A stretch of 64,000 bases of DNA from positions 58,118 through 122,117 of the forward strand of contig JAGBMX010000137.1 of assembly GCA_017634675.1 (NCBI GenBank), given 5' to 3'. The translations under genes and the position numbers were made by a program. The stretch's first letter is position 1, and the number at the start of each line of letters is the position of its first letter. This document shows positions 45,077 to 54,644 of the stretch, one piece after another. Source of the stretch: Selenomonadaceae bacterium. Its GTDB lineage: Bacteria; Bacillota; Negativicutes; Selenomonadales; Selenomonadaceae. Under the pieces are notes generated by a model. It worked only from the letters and a program-made list of their open reading frames with translations, was not told the origin of the DNA and made no database searches.

Positions 45077-45706
45077 ATGCCAAAAGTTACGGAAGAATTT
45101 TTGCTTGCGAGGCGTGAAGAAATCATCGACGCTTGCGCAAAACTTTATGAAACCATGAGTTTTAAGGAAATTACCCTGAAGGAAATCGGAAAAGCCACCT
45201 CTTTTAACCGCACTTCCATATACAATTATTTTGATACGAAGGAAGAAATTTTTCTCGCGCTTATGCAACGAGAATACGAAATTTGGGTGAAAGAACTCGA
45301 CGCTCTCTGCAATGAAAACGAAACGCTTTCAAGAGAGGGACTTGCAAAGGCGTTGGCGCTTTCATTGGAAAAACGCGGAAGGCTTTTAAAACTCTTGTCG
45401 ATGAACCATTTCGATATGGAGGAAAACAGCCGTCACGAAAATTTAGTGGAGTTTAAAAAATCTTACGGCGCATCTTTAAACGCCGTAAAACGCTGTGTCG
45501 ATAAATTCTGCCCAAATATGACCGAGACGGAAAAACAAAAATTTCTGTACGCATTTTTCCCGTTTATTTACGGAATTTATCCTTACGCCGTTGTAAGCGA
45601 TAAACAGAAAAAAGCCATGGAAGATGCGGGAATTGATTTTAAATATCACAGCGTATATGAGATTGCTTTTAATTGCTTGGAAAAGCTCTTAAAGGAGGGA
45701 ACATGA
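45077..45706 (+). CDS. TetR/AcrR family transcriptional regulator
   Basis: N-terminal HTH FKEITLKEIGKATSFNRTSIYNYFDTKEEIF. Confidence 0.88.
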   Translation: MPKVTEEFLLARREEIIDACAKLYETMSFKEITLKEIGKATSFNRTSIYNYFDTKEEIFLALMQREYEIWVKELDALCNENETLSREGLAKALALSLEKRGRLLKLLSMNHFDMEENSRHENLVEFKKSYGASLNAVKRCVDKFCPNMTETEKQKFLYAFFPFIYGIYPYAVVSDKQKKAMEDAGIDFKYHSVYEIAFNCLEKLLKEGT

Positions 45707-45709
45707 AAA

Positions 45710-45981
45710 GTGAACCGACGTAATTTTATAAAAATCTTCGGCTTTGGGGCGTTAAGGTTGCGTCAAACAGCTACGAAATATATTTAAGCGATCCGATGCC
45801 GGATGAAATGGATATGCTCTTAAAAATCACGGACAGGGAACATATAGTTTACGGCAGCGACTATCCTTATGTTTTATCTCCGATTTTGCTGAAAAAGAAG
45901 GAAGCTCTCGACAGAGAACTTTCGGCGCGTAATTGGACGGAACAAGTTTATGTAAAAAATGCGGCGACTTTAATGTCGTAA
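45710..45981 (+). pseudogene. gene remnants: Tat-like signal fragment plus C-terminal amidohydrolase-like fragment
   Basis: VNRRNFIKIFGFGAL... stops at 45785-45787. A separate frame encodes ...HIVYGSDYPYV..., a C-terminal amidohydrolase-type motif. The middle of the gene is missing. Confidence 0.4.
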
Positions 45982-45999
45982 ATTTTTTTGAATTTTATA

Positions 46000-46049
46000 T
46001 TGACAACTTGTCGTTTATTCTATATTATAAATGACACAAAGTAAATTAC
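46000..46049 (+). promoter_or_regulatory. second copy of the same promoter/operator ahead of the flavoprotein cluster
   Basis: TTGACA-N17-TATTAT, the palindrome GACAAcTTGTC, and the box GACACAAAGTAAATTA. Confidence 0.55.
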
Positions 46050-46082
46050 AACAAGTCGTTTTTATTGTTAGGAGAGAACGAC

Positions 46083-46631
46083 ATGAAAGCTTTAGTCGTA
46101 TGCGGCAGTATGCGAAAAAACGGAAACACGAACATTTTAGCCGATGAGTTTATAAAGGGCGCAAAGGAAGCCGGGCACGAGGCGGAAAAAGTTTCACTCA
46201 GAGATTTAACCTTCGGCGATTGTTTCGGTTGCAGGGCTTGTCACGGTAACGGAGGAATTTGCGTACAAAAGGACGATATTGGAAATGTCCTTGAAAAAAT
46301 GAAATCCGCCGATGTGATAGTTCTCGCTTCGCCTATGTATTATTTTACTTGGACAGGTTTAATGAAAAGATTTTTGGACAGGACGTACCCTCTGTTGCCT
46401 ATATTAAAAAACAAGGATTTTTATCTTATCACTCTTGGCGGAGTGCCGGACAAAAAATATATGGCAAACATTTTATCCGACTTTTCCATGTATGTTGGGT
46501 GCTTCAAAGAGTTTAATCAAGTAGGCTGCCGAGTTGCGGGAAATGTTATTGCAACTTCCGCTCTTAAACCGGGAGCCGTTCGCGAATCAAAAGCGTTGGA
46601 AGAAGCCTACGAGCTTGGCAAGAATATTTAG
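46083..46631 (+). CDS. flavodoxin-like fold NAD(P)H-dependent FMN reductase family protein
   Basis: MKALVVCGSMRKNGNTN and LASPMYYFTWTGLMKRFLDR. Confidence 0.75.
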   Translation: MKALVVCGSMRKNGNTNILADEFIKGAKEAGHEAEKVSLRDLTFGDCFGCRACHGNGGICVQKDDIGNVLEKMKSADVIVLASPMYYFTWTGLMKRFLDRTYPLLPILKNKDFYLITLGGVPDKKYMANILSDFSMYVGCFKEFNQVGCRVAGNVIATSALKPGAVRESKALEEAYELGKNI

Positions 46632-46643
46632 GAGGCGTAATAT

Positions 46644-46946
46644 ATGTTTCTCATAACTCAAACACTAATACCCGAAAAAATCCCCGAAGGCAAGGGCGAC
46701 GAACTTTTTAAAGGTCACGTCGCTTGGTTTACCCGTCATTTTGAAAAAGGCGATTTTATCTTGGTTGGTCCCTATACCGATAAAAAAATGGCGGGAATCA
46801 TGATTTCTCCTCTTGAAACCCGTGAAGCCGTCGAAGCCGTCTTAAAAGATGATGTGTACTATGCGGACGGTTTGGCAAATTATGAAGTACGTTCCTTCAC
46901 GGCGGGCAAAATCGCCGAGAATTTCTCATCGTTCGCTGGTAAATAA
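46644..46946 (+). CDS. YciI-like small protein
   Basis: 100 aa with H...F.....G.....GP pattern (GHVAWFTRHFEKGDFILVGPY). Confidence 0.5.
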   Translation: MFLITQTLIPEKIPEGKGDELFKGHVAWFTRHFEKGDFILVGPYTDKKMAGIMISPLETREAVEAVLKDDVYYADGLANYEVRSFTAGKIAENFSSFAGK

Positions 46947-46967
46947 AATTACGGAGGTCTAAGCAAT

Positions 46968-47702
46968 ATGAATAAATTCCTGAAAAAATGTCTGACGCTC
47001 TGTCTTGGAGGTATCATAATGGCAAGTTCGACGGCGATGGCTCATTCTATTCGCACTCCCGAAGGCAATATGCCCATGGTGCATTGGGCTGTACTGGAAT
47101 CAACTCCTGGCAATCTGGCCGCCATGGGCGCAATCGGGGCAAAGACCGTTGCGCCGCAAACCGCAAAGGAATCGGGCACATACGCTCTTTACGGCGCGGT
47201 TGACATTAATAATCACGATTTAATGCGACTTTTGGAAATTTACGAAAGCTATGAAGCCTACAGAATCCACAGTACAAGCGAAGCGTTTCAGGAATATCGC
47301 GCGGCAAGGTTTCCCATGCTAAAAAATCTTAAAATCCTTGAAGTTAACGGCATAGCATTAGAGCAAAAAGAGAATGGCGCAGCTACGGTCGTTTATATGC
47401 ATCGTTATGAAGTCAAACCCGAAAAATTAGCCGAATACCAACACTTGGCCACAGCTGAAGCCATTCGCGCCGTTGACGAGGACGACGGAGTTATGGGGAT
47501 GTTTGTGACCGCAGAACACGACAATCCCAACATCATTCACACGATGGAGCTTTATCGCGATAAAGCCGCTTGCGAACGGTACATCAAATCCTCAAAATCC
47601 AAAGAATTTCAAAACAAGATATCCGCTATGTTCATAAATTCTCGGGAGATTGTAAATCTTCCCGCAAATATTCCCATGAGTACAAAGGGGTCTCGCAAAT
47701 GA
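46968..47702 (+). CDS. exported tandem ABM (antibiotic-biosynthesis-monooxygenase-like) domain protein
   Basis: Signal peptide followed by two ferredoxin-like repeats (LLEIYESYEAYRIHSTSEAFQEY / TMELYRDKAACERYIKSSKSKEFQ). Confidence 0.5.
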   Translation: MNKFLKKCLTLCLGGIIMASSTAMAHSIRTPEGNMPMVHWAVLESTPGNLAAMGAIGAKTVAPQTAKESGTYALYGAVDINNHDLMRLLEIYESYEAYRIHSTSEAFQEYRAARFPMLKNLKILEVNGIALEQKENGAATVVYMHRYEVKPEKLAEYQHLATAEAIRAVDEDDGVMGMFVTAEHDNPNIIHTMELYRDKAACERYIKSSKSKEFQNKISAMFINSREIVNLPANIPMSTKGSRK

Positions 47703-48382
47703 ACAGGAGAGATTTTATAAAAATAAGCGGAGTCGGCGCAATGACCTTGCTTTTATCGGGTTGCGGACTTTCAGCGCTCACAGGTAGCGAAAACAAAGCG
47801 GCGGCGGAAATTCCCGCTAAAGGCAGCGTATCGGGAGGCAATAAAATGAAAATAGTAGTTATCAATTCAAGCCCTCATTCGGACGACGAATCCACATCAA
47901 AATACTTATCCGCGCGTTTCACTGAAGGCGCAAAGAGCGCGGGACACGATGTATTCGTATTCGATGCGGCGAGAGAGGAAACACATCCTTGCAGCGGTTG
48001 CGACCGTTGCGGCATGGACGGGCCCTGCGTGTGGAACGATGCGATAGAAAACAAACTAATGCCAAAAATGCTTGAAGCCGATCTTTTGGTTCTCGCAACT
48101 CCCCTTTACTACTACGGTATGTCGGCGCAACTCAAAACCATTGTAGACCGTTTCTACTCCCGCACCGGCAAACTTCACAACAAAAAATCCATAATAATCG
48201 CCACGGCGTACAACAGCGCCGACTGGACAATGGAAGCCCTATCCGCTCACTACAACACTTTAGTCCGCTACATGGAATGGCAAGACGTGGGTCAAATCTG
48301 GGGCATCGGCTGCGGCTCCCGCTCCTTAGTCGAAAGCTCCAAGTTCGGCGACCAAGCTCAAAAAATCGGCTCTAATTTGTGA
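47699..48382 (+). CDS. Tat-signal lipoprotein with flavodoxin-like FMN-reductase domain
   Basis: MNRRDFIKISGVGAMTLLLSGCG (twin-Arg plus lipobox), KIVVINSSPHSD and LATPLYYYGMSAQLKTIVDRF. ATGA overlap with the upstream gene. Confidence 0.7.
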   Translation: MNRRDFIKISGVGAMTLLLSGCGLSALTGSENKAAAEIPAKGSVSGGNKMKIVVINSSPHSDDESTSKYLSARFTEGAKSAGHDVFVFDAAREETHPCSGCDRCGMDGPCVWNDAIENKLMPKMLEADLLVLATPLYYYGMSAQLKTIVDRFYSRTGKLHNKKSIIIATAYNSADWTMEALSAHYNTLVRYMEWQDVGQIWGIGCGSRSLVESSKFGDQAQKIGSNL

Positions 48383-48387
48383 GATGT

Positions 48388-48466
48388 TGGGACTCCGTCC
48401 CAAACCCTGCAAGGGGCGCTGCCCCTTGACCCCGCCAAAGGGCATTGCCCTCTGGACTCCCGGGTA
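48388..48466 (+). repeat. GC-rich triple-hairpin repeat, family G, copy 2
   Basis: GGGACTCCGTCCC / AAGGGGCGCTGCCCCTT / GGGCATTGCCC. Confidence 0.75.
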
Positions 48467-48493
48467 CGCTATCTGACAGTTTAAACAAAATCG

Positions 48494-48591
48494 ATTATTA
48501 AAGTTTTTTCTTTCTCTTTTTCTTTGCTTCTTTCTTTTTCTCTTTCTTTTTTACAAAAAAGAAAGAGAAAAAGAAAGAAGAAGAAACTAAC
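48494..48591 (+). repeat. family R palindromic repeat, copy 2
   Basis: Same ends (ATTATTAAAG...GAAACTAAC) and same CT/GA palindrome as copy 1. Confidence 0.85.
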
Positions 48592-48617
48592 CTATAAAAG
48601 AAAACTAGGAGGAAAAC

Positions 48618-49049
48618 ATGAAAATAAAAAAAGTAGTGGCGGCGCTGTGCGGCGGAATGATGATGGTTATGAGTGTAGCGCCTGTGATGGCGGCTGATGC
48701 GAAAGGGGATAGACCTGTGGCGAAAAAGATTGTGCAGACGGCGGGAAGAGACGCTTTGGGAGATTTTGCTCCCGATTTTGCTAGGTACAACGATGATATT
48801 TTGTTTGGCGAAGTGTGGTCTAAAAACGATGTGCTTTCATTGCATGACCGCAGTATTGTTACGATTTCGGCGTTAGTTGCGAGCGGCGTTATAGACAGTT
48901 CGCTTAAATATCACATTCAGACGGCAAAAAGTAACGGTGTGACAAAGGAAGAGATGGCGGAGATAATCACTCAGCTTGGGTTTTATGCGGGCTGGCCAAA
49001 GGCTTGGGCGGCGTTTCGCATGGCAAAAGAAGTTTATGCGGATAAGTGA
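48618..49049 (+). CDS. exported carboxymuconolactone decarboxylase (CMD) family protein
   Basis: Signal peptide, LHDRSIVTISALVASG and EIITQLGFYAGWPKAWAAF. Confidence 0.7.
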   Translation: MKIKKVVAALCGGMMMVMSVAPVMAADAKGDRPVAKKIVQTAGRDALGDFAPDFARYNDDILFGEVWSKNDVLSLHDRSIVTISALVASGVIDSSLKYHIQTAKSNGVTKEEMAEIITQLGFYAGWPKAWAAFRMAKEVYADK

Positions 49050-49066
49050 AATAAAGGAGTGATTTT

Positions 49067-49681
49067 ATGCGTAAATTATGGACGCTTTTACTGTCCGTTT
49101 TTATTATAACTACTTTCACGGCTTGCGGGGGAACTACAGGCGCAAGCGCCGATAAGAAAGCCTCAAACTCGACCCCTGCTTCAAGCGAAAGCAAGCAAAC
49201 CGCATCAAATACAAGCAAAACTTTAGTAGTATATTTCTCCTGCTCCGGCAACACCAAAAAATTGGCGCAAACCGCCGCAACTGCGTTAAACGCTGACATT
49301 TATGAAATCGTTCCCGAAAAGCCTTATACGAATAACGATCTCAACTACAACGACGAAAGCACCCGTGCCACCGTAGAGCAAAAGGACGATAAGGCTCGTC
49401 CAAAACTTAAAGATAAAAACGCCAACATCGCCGCTTACGACAAAATCGTTATAGCGTATCCAATTTGGTGGGGGCAAGCGCCTCGCATTGTGGACACATT
49501 CCTTGAAAGCTACGACTTTTCCGGAAAGACTATCGCGCCTATTTGCACATCGGGCGGCAGCGACGTAGGTTCAAGCGCGGATTATCTAAAATCCATAACT
49601 CGCGGTTCCGCCAATTGGAAACTCGGCAAAAAATTCTCTCCCTCCGCTTCTGCGCAGGAACTTAAATCTTTGTTTGATTAA
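49067..49681 (+). CDS. lipoprotein flavodoxin
   Basis: Lipobox FTACGG, LVVYFSCSGNTKKLA and IAYPIWWGQAPRIV. Confidence 0.75.
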   Translation: MRKLWTLLLSVFIITTFTACGGTTGASADKKASNSTPASSESKQTASNTSKTLVVYFSCSGNTKKLAQTAATALNADIYEIVPEKPYTNNDLNYNDESTRATVEQKDDKARPKLKDKNANIAAYDKIVIAYPIWWGQAPRIVDTFLESYDFSGKTIAPICTSGGSDVGSSADYLKSITRGSANWKLGKKFSPSASAQELKSLFD

Positions 49682-49761
49682 TTGGGACTTCGTCCCAAAC
49701 CCTACAAGGGGCGCTGCCCCTTGACCCCGCCAAAGGGCATTCGCCCTCTGGACACCTGGGT
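49682..49761 (+). repeat. GC-rich triple-hairpin repeat, family G, copy 3
   Basis: Near-identical to copy 2. Confidence 0.75.
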
Positions 49762-49813
49762 AGTAAAAAACCTTTCACTTAACATTTTGCATTGAGTGAA
49801 AGGTTTTTCTTTT

Positions 49814-50140
49814 TTATTCCACGCCCGGGAAAGACGTTACATATTTAATTTTAATATCGGGAAAATTTTCTACGAACTGAATCGTAAAATCCTCGCCGTA
49901 TTCCACGAATTTCCATTCGCCGATATTATTGGGGAAGGAATCGACGACTTTTACTTTTAAATCGGGAAACGAGTTTACAACTTTAACCTTAATATCCGCA
50001 AAATGCTCAACAACTTTCACCTTGCCGCATAACTTAATGCCCTTATAATATCCGTCCTTGTTGATTGCGGATGCCGCCGCTGCGGGAACTGTCATGATAA
50101 AAAGCAACAGCAACGTAAATATGACTGTGAATTTTTTCAT
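49814..50140 (-). CDS. small exported protein with internal F-P/A-D-[IL]-K-[VI]-K-[VY]-V repeats
   Basis: Signal peptide, then four repeats: FADIKVKVV, FPDLKVKVV, FPNNIGEWKFV and FPDIKIKYV. Confidence 0.55.
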   Translation of the reverse strand: MKKFTVIFTLLLLFIMTVPAAAASAINKDGYYKGIKLCGKVKVVEHFADIKVKVVNSFPDLKVKVVDSFPNNIGEWKFVEYGEDFTIQFVENFPDIKIKYVTSFPGVE

Positions 50141-50162
50141 CGTAACTCCCCCGTAAACAGTA

Positions 50163-51473
50163 TTATTTACCGTTAGCGACTTTTCTAAACGCTTTTCCGG
50201 CCGCCTCTATGGTTTTTTCAATATCTTCCTTCGTATGCGCCAACGACATAAATATAGTTTCAAATTGCGACGGAGCCAGATATATTCCTTCGTTTAGCAT
50301 AGAGTGGAACCATATTTTAAAAGCGTTTTGATCGCAGTTTTCCGCATCTTTGTAATCCCAAATTTCTTCTTTGGAAAAAAAGATTCCAAACATTGAGCCA
50401 GCTTGATGAGTTACTACATTTACTCCAACTTCTTTTGCCTTCGCCTCAATCCCTAATACAAGTTCCTTTGTTTTAAGGGTAAGCGCGCGGCTTGCGTCCA
50501 CTCCGTCAAAATCTCGGCGCAAAATCTCAAGAGTAGCGATACCCGCAGACATTGCCAACGGGTTGCCCGAAAGAGTTCCCGCCTGATAAACTTTCCCAAG
50601 CGGCGCGACATAATCCATAATATCGCGCCTGCCACCGTACGCCGCAACGGGCAGACCGCCGCCGATAATTTTCCCCAAACAGGTAATATCCGGGGTAATG
50701 CCGTAGGCCGCTTGCGCCCCGCCTAAGGACGCGCGAAAACCGCACATAACTTCGTCAAAAATTAAAATCGTCCCGTATTTTTTCGTAATCTCGCGAAGCG
50801 AACGAAGATAGCCCTGTTTGGGAAGGATAAGCCCCATATTTCCCGCAACAGGCTCGATTATAAGCGCGGCTATTTCCTCGCCGTATTTTTCAAATACGGC
50901 TTCCATCGCTTCAATATCGTTATACGGCACGGGAATCGTATCGCTTGCGACGCTTTTCGTCACGCCCAAAGAACTTGGCGTGCCGAAAGTCGCTGCGCCG
51001 GAACCTGCGCTTACCAACAATGAATCGCTGTGTCCGTGATAACAACCGATACATTTTACAATCTTATTCCGTCCCGTAAATCCTCTTGCTAAGCGCAGTG
51101 CGCTCATGGTGGCTTCCGTTCCCGAATTTACCATACGGATTTTTTCTATGCTCGGGTAAAACTCTTGAACCAACTTAGCCAAGCGAGTTTCGAGCAAAGT
51201 AGGCGCGCCGTAACTTGTCCCGTTTTCGGCGGCCTTTTTTATCGCGTCGATTACCTCGTCGTTAGCGTGACCTACAACCATAGGACCCCATGAGCCGACA
51301 TAATCTATATATTCGTTGCCGTCGATGTCGTATATTTTAGACCCTTTTGCCTTTGCTATAAAAGGCGGCGTACTTTCCATAGCGGAAAACGAACGCACGG
51401 GACTGTTCACGCCCCCGGGCATAAGCTCTTTCGCTTCTTCAAAAGCCGCTTTTGATTTGTCCAATGAAAGCAT
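50163..51473 (-). CDS. hemL: glutamate-1-semialdehyde 2,1-aminomutase
   Basis: MPGGVNSPVRSF, and a PLP region with the lysine in the context TCLGKIIGGG. The start was trimmed to ATG 51473 because the ORF-track N-terminus translates an intergenic repeat. Confidence 0.93.
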   Translation of the reverse strand: MLSLDKSKAAFEEAKELMPGGVNSPVRSFSAMESTPPFIAKAKGSKIYDIDGNEYIDYVGSWGPMVVGHANDEVIDAIKKAAENGTSYGAPTLLETRLAKLVQEFYPSIEKIRMVNSGTEATMSALRLARGFTGRNKIVKCIGCYHGHSDSLLVSAGSGAATFGTPSSLGVTKSVASDTIPVPYNDIEAMEAVFEKYGEEIAALIIEPVAGNMGLILPKQGYLRSLREITKKYGTILIFDEVMCGFRASLGGAQAAYGITPDITCLGKIIGGGLPVAAYGGRRDIMDYVAPLGKVYQAGTLSGNPLAMSAGIATLEILRRDFDGVDASRALTLKTKELVLGIEAKAKEVGVNVVTHQAGSMFGIFFSKEEIWDYKDAENCDQNAFKIWFHSMLNEGIYLAPSQFETIFMSLAHTKEDIEKTIEAAGKAFRKVANGK

Positions 51474-51508
51474 ATTTTTCCTTTCTATAAATAGGGCATT
51501 TCTAAAAA

Positions 51509-51596
51509 CCTTACTTTCTTTTTCTCTTTTCTTTTTTGTAAAAAAGAAAAGAGAAAAAGAAAGTAACAAAGAAAAAGAGAAAAGAAAAAACTTTAT
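51509..51596 (-). repeat. family R palindromic repeat, copy 3 (inverted)
   Basis: Lies between hemB and hemL. It creates the spurious N-terminal extension of the hemL ORF. Confidence 0.8.
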
Positions 51597-51628
51597 CAAA
51601 CCTAAATTCTAAATTTAGTCCATTTTTT

Positions 51629-51700
51629 CATTAAAGTTCTTTTTCTTTCTTTTGGTTCTTTTCTTTCTTTTTCTTTCAAGAAAAAGAAAGAAAAGAACGG
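51629..51700 (+). repeat. family R-like palindromic repeat, copy 4 (shorter variant)
   Basis: GTTCTTTTCTTTCTTTTTCTTTCAAGAAAAAGAAAGAAAAGAAC. Confidence 0.75.
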
Positions 51701-51703
51701 TTT

Positions 51704-52678
51704 TTAAAAATTATCTTTATGCAACCATTTAGCCGCATCAATGGCGTGATAAGTTATGATAATGTTCGCCCCTGCGCGTTTCATTCCGAGAAGGCTCTCC
51801 AATACGATTCTCTTCTCGTCAATCCAACCGTTCGCCGCCGCAGCCTTAACCATTGCGTATTCGCCGCTGACGTTATATACCGCAAGCGGAAGGTTTATGT
51901 TTTCCTTTACGGTTTTCACGATGTCCAAATAAGCGAGCGCAGGTTTTACCATGATAATATCCGCGCCTTCTTCAACGTCAAGCAAGGCTTCTCGCGCTGC
52001 CTCTTTTGCGTTTGCAGGGTCCATTTGATATTGTTTGCGATCGCCAAACTGCGGCGCGCTGTTTGCCGCGTTCCTAAACGGACCGTAGTAAGCGGACGCA
52101 TATTTTACGGCGTAAGACATAATTGACACGTTATGCAAACCATTTGCGTCCAACGCTTCTCTGATAGCTTTTACCCGCCCGTCCATCATATCCGACGGCG
52201 CAACAATATCCGCGCCCGCTTTCGCCTGACTTAGAGCGACTTTCTGCAACAGCTCGAGCGTCGCATCGTTATCTACATAATTACCGCAAAGTTTGCCGCA
52301 ATGACCATGGCTTGTATACTGGCAAAGACAAACGTCGCCCACTATCGCCAAATTCGGCAGAGCTTCCTTTATAGCCGCCATTCCTCGTTGCACGGGGCTT
52401 TTCATATCCCAAGCGGAAGAGCCGATTTCATCTTTATATTCGGGCAACCCGAACACTTCTACAGACGGTATGCCAAGCGAAGCAACTTCCCTTGCAACTT
52501 TTACCGCCTCGTCAACCGAGAGATGATAACAACCCGGCATACCGGGAATTTCCTCTTTAACGCCTTCGCCGGGCACTACAAAAATCGGATATACAAAATC
52601 GTCAACGCTCAACGTAGTTTCTGCAACCATCTTGCGTAAATTCTCGGAAACACGCAAACGGCGCGGTCGTATCAACAT
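51704..52678 (-). CDS. hemB: porphobilinogen synthase (zinc type)
   Basis: RPRRLR, GDVCLCQYTSHGHCG (Cys-rich Zn site) and IIMVKPALAYLD. Confidence 0.95.
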   Translation of the reverse strand: MLIRPRRLRVSENLRKMVAETTLSVDDFVYPIFVVPGEGVKEEIPGMPGCYHLSVDEAVKVAREVASLGIPSVEVFGLPEYKDEIGSSAWDMKSPVQRGMAAIKEALPNLAIVGDVCLCQYTSHGHCGKLCGNYVDNDATLELLQKVALSQAKAGADIVAPSDMMDGRVKAIREALDANGLHNVSIMSYAVKYASAYYGPFRNAANSAPQFGDRKQYQMDPANAKEAAREALLDVEEGADIIMVKPALAYLDIVKTVKENINLPLAVYNVSGEYAMVKAAAANGWIDEKRIVLESLLGMKRAGANIIITYHAIDAAKWLHKDNF

Positions 52679-52680
52679 AT

Positions 52681-54186
52681 TTACAACTCCCTTAAAACTT
52701 CAACCAATCCGGGTATCGTATACTCCTTTGCCACAACGTCCGCCGTTACGCCGTAATTTTTCAGAGTTTCCGCAGTAACGGGGCCTATGCAAGCAGTTTT
52801 TATATTTTGCAAAAGTTCTGCGCCGCCAATCAATTTTACGAAATTTTTTACGGTGGACGAACTGGTAAATGTCACAACGTCAATTTCCCCGCTTAATAAT
52901 TTCTCCCGCAATTTTTCGCCGTTTTGTTCGTCCTTAACGGTTTTGTACGCCGCCGCAACTTCCACTTTTGCGCCGAAATCCTTTAAAGAGTCTACAAGTG
53001 TTTCTCTCGCAACCTCCGCCCGAGGTATCAAAATATTGTCAGACTCGTTTACTTTACCCTTCAAAGCATCAATTATACCTTCCGCGCGAAATTCATCGGG
53101 GCATAAATCCGCAACAATACCGTAAACTAAAAGTTCCGCCGCCGTCGCAGTTCCGATTGCGGCTATTTTCGCATTATAAAGGGCGCGGCTGTCAAGTTTT
53201 GCCTTTTGAAGCCTTGCAAAAAAATGTCTGACCCCGTTGACGCTTGTGAAAATTATCCAACTGTAACCATTAATTCTTGACAAAGCGTTATCAAGCCCCA
53301 AATAATTATCGCTAGGCTCGCTTATCTTTATTACGGGGGCTTCCGTAACCCTCGCTCCCAATTCCTCCAATTTTTCCGTCAAAGCCGAAGCCTGCGCCCT
53401 CGCCCTTGTCACCAAAATCCGTTTTCCGAAAAGCGGGCGGTTTTCGTTGTCGAACCAACGAAGTTCGTTTCGTAAATTCACCACATTCCCCAATACAAAT
53501 ACGGCGGGAGGTTTTAAACCGTTTTTCGCAACGTCCTCCGCCGCATTTTCCAAAGTTGTAATTAGTGTCTCTTGCTCGGGTCTTGTGCCCCATCTCACAA
53601 AAGCCGCCGGAGTATTGCCCGCTCTTCCGTTCTCCATCAATTTTTTTGTAATTTTCGGCAGATTTTCAATGCCCATCAAAAAAACAAGGGTATCGGTAGC
53701 GGTTGCAAGACAAGTCCAATTTATGCTTGAGTTTTCTTTGTTTGGGTCCTCATGTCCCGTCACTACGGCAAAAGACGCGGCAACGTTTCTGTGAGTCACG
53801 GGAATCCCCGCATACGCCGCGGCGGCTATGGCGCTTGTCACACCCGGCACTATTTCAAACGGTACGTTTTCTTCCTTTAAGTAAAGAGCCTCTTCGCCAC
53901 CGCGTCCGAAAACAAACGGGTCGCCGCCCTTTAATCTTACGACGGTTTTCCCCTCTTTAGCCTTATTCGCCAAAAGCCTATTTATGTCCTCCTGCCGCAT
54001 CGCGTGGTTGCTCGAGGCTTTCCCCACATAAATCCGCTCGGCGGTCTCGGGCGCAAAAGACAGTATCTTCTCCTCCGCCAATCTGTCGTACACCAATACT
54101 TCAGCCTTCGACAGCGCAACCACAGCCTTCAGCGTCAAAAGCCCCACATCTCCGGGACCTGCGCCCACAAGATAAACTTTTCCCAT
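52681..54186 (-). CDS. cobA: uroporphyrinogen-III C-methyltransferase / uroporphyrinogen-III synthase fusion
   Basis: MGKVYLVGAGPGDVGLLTLKA, RLKGGDPFVFGRGGEE and VPGVTSA, followed by a HemD-like C-terminal half. Confidence 0.9.
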   Translation of the reverse strand: MGKVYLVGAGPGDVGLLTLKAVVALSKAEVLVYDRLAEEKILSFAPETAERIYVGKASSNHAMRQEDINRLLANKAKEGKTVVRLKGGDPFVFGRGGEEALYLKEENVPFEIVPGVTSAIAAAAYAGIPVTHRNVAASFAVVTGHEDPNKENSSINWTCLATATDTLVFLMGIENLPKITKKLMENGRAGNTPAAFVRWGTRPEQETLITTLENAAEDVAKNGLKPPAVFVLGNVVNLRNELRWFDNENRPLFGKRILVTRARAQASALTEKLEELGARVTEAPVIKISEPSDNYLGLDNALSRINGYSWIIFTSVNGVRHFFARLQKAKLDSRALYNAKIAAIGTATAAELLVYGIVADLCPDEFRAEGIIDALKGKVNESDNILIPRAEVARETLVDSLKDFGAKVEVAAAYKTVKDEQNGEKLREKLLSGEIDVVTFTSSSTVKNFVKLIGGAELLQNIKTACIGPVTAETLKNYGVTADVVAKEYTIPGLVEVLREL

Positions 54187-54644
54187 AATTATAAACCGCC
54201 TTTCTGCGAAAGGCACCGATGAGGTTATGAAATTACGATGCAAATTCCGCTGAGTTATAATTTTTGCTTAATTTTGTGGTAGATGGGTTAAAATGCCTTA
54301 ATTCAAGTTTTTTCTTCGCCAGAAGAAAAAACTACATACGTCAGCATTTCAACAAGACGTCCGAGAGGCGGGAGATTTAAACTCCCGCCTTTCTTCCAAT
54401 ATAGCCCCCCACCTAAGAGGTGGGGGACATCTAGTCTTGTTATATTTTTTACTGAAAGTTATTCTTATTTCCTATATAAAAATGAGCTGTGAAAGACTAC
54501 AAATTAGCTTTTTCACAGCCCATTTTTATTACGGAAAGTCGTATAAAAGATGGGCAATTATATCTACCCACAGATTCTGATGAAAAGTCATTTTTTCCTA
54601 ACGGAGAAAAATAGATTATGATATTCAAATGCTAAGATAGTTTT

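Noticed and set aside
54243-54644. A possible cobalamin riboswitch upstream of cobA/hemD on the minus strand.
   Set aside because: I could not find B12-box-like conserved segments. The region instead holds several simple hairpins, including the flavodiiron gene terminator. A covariance-model scan would be decisive.
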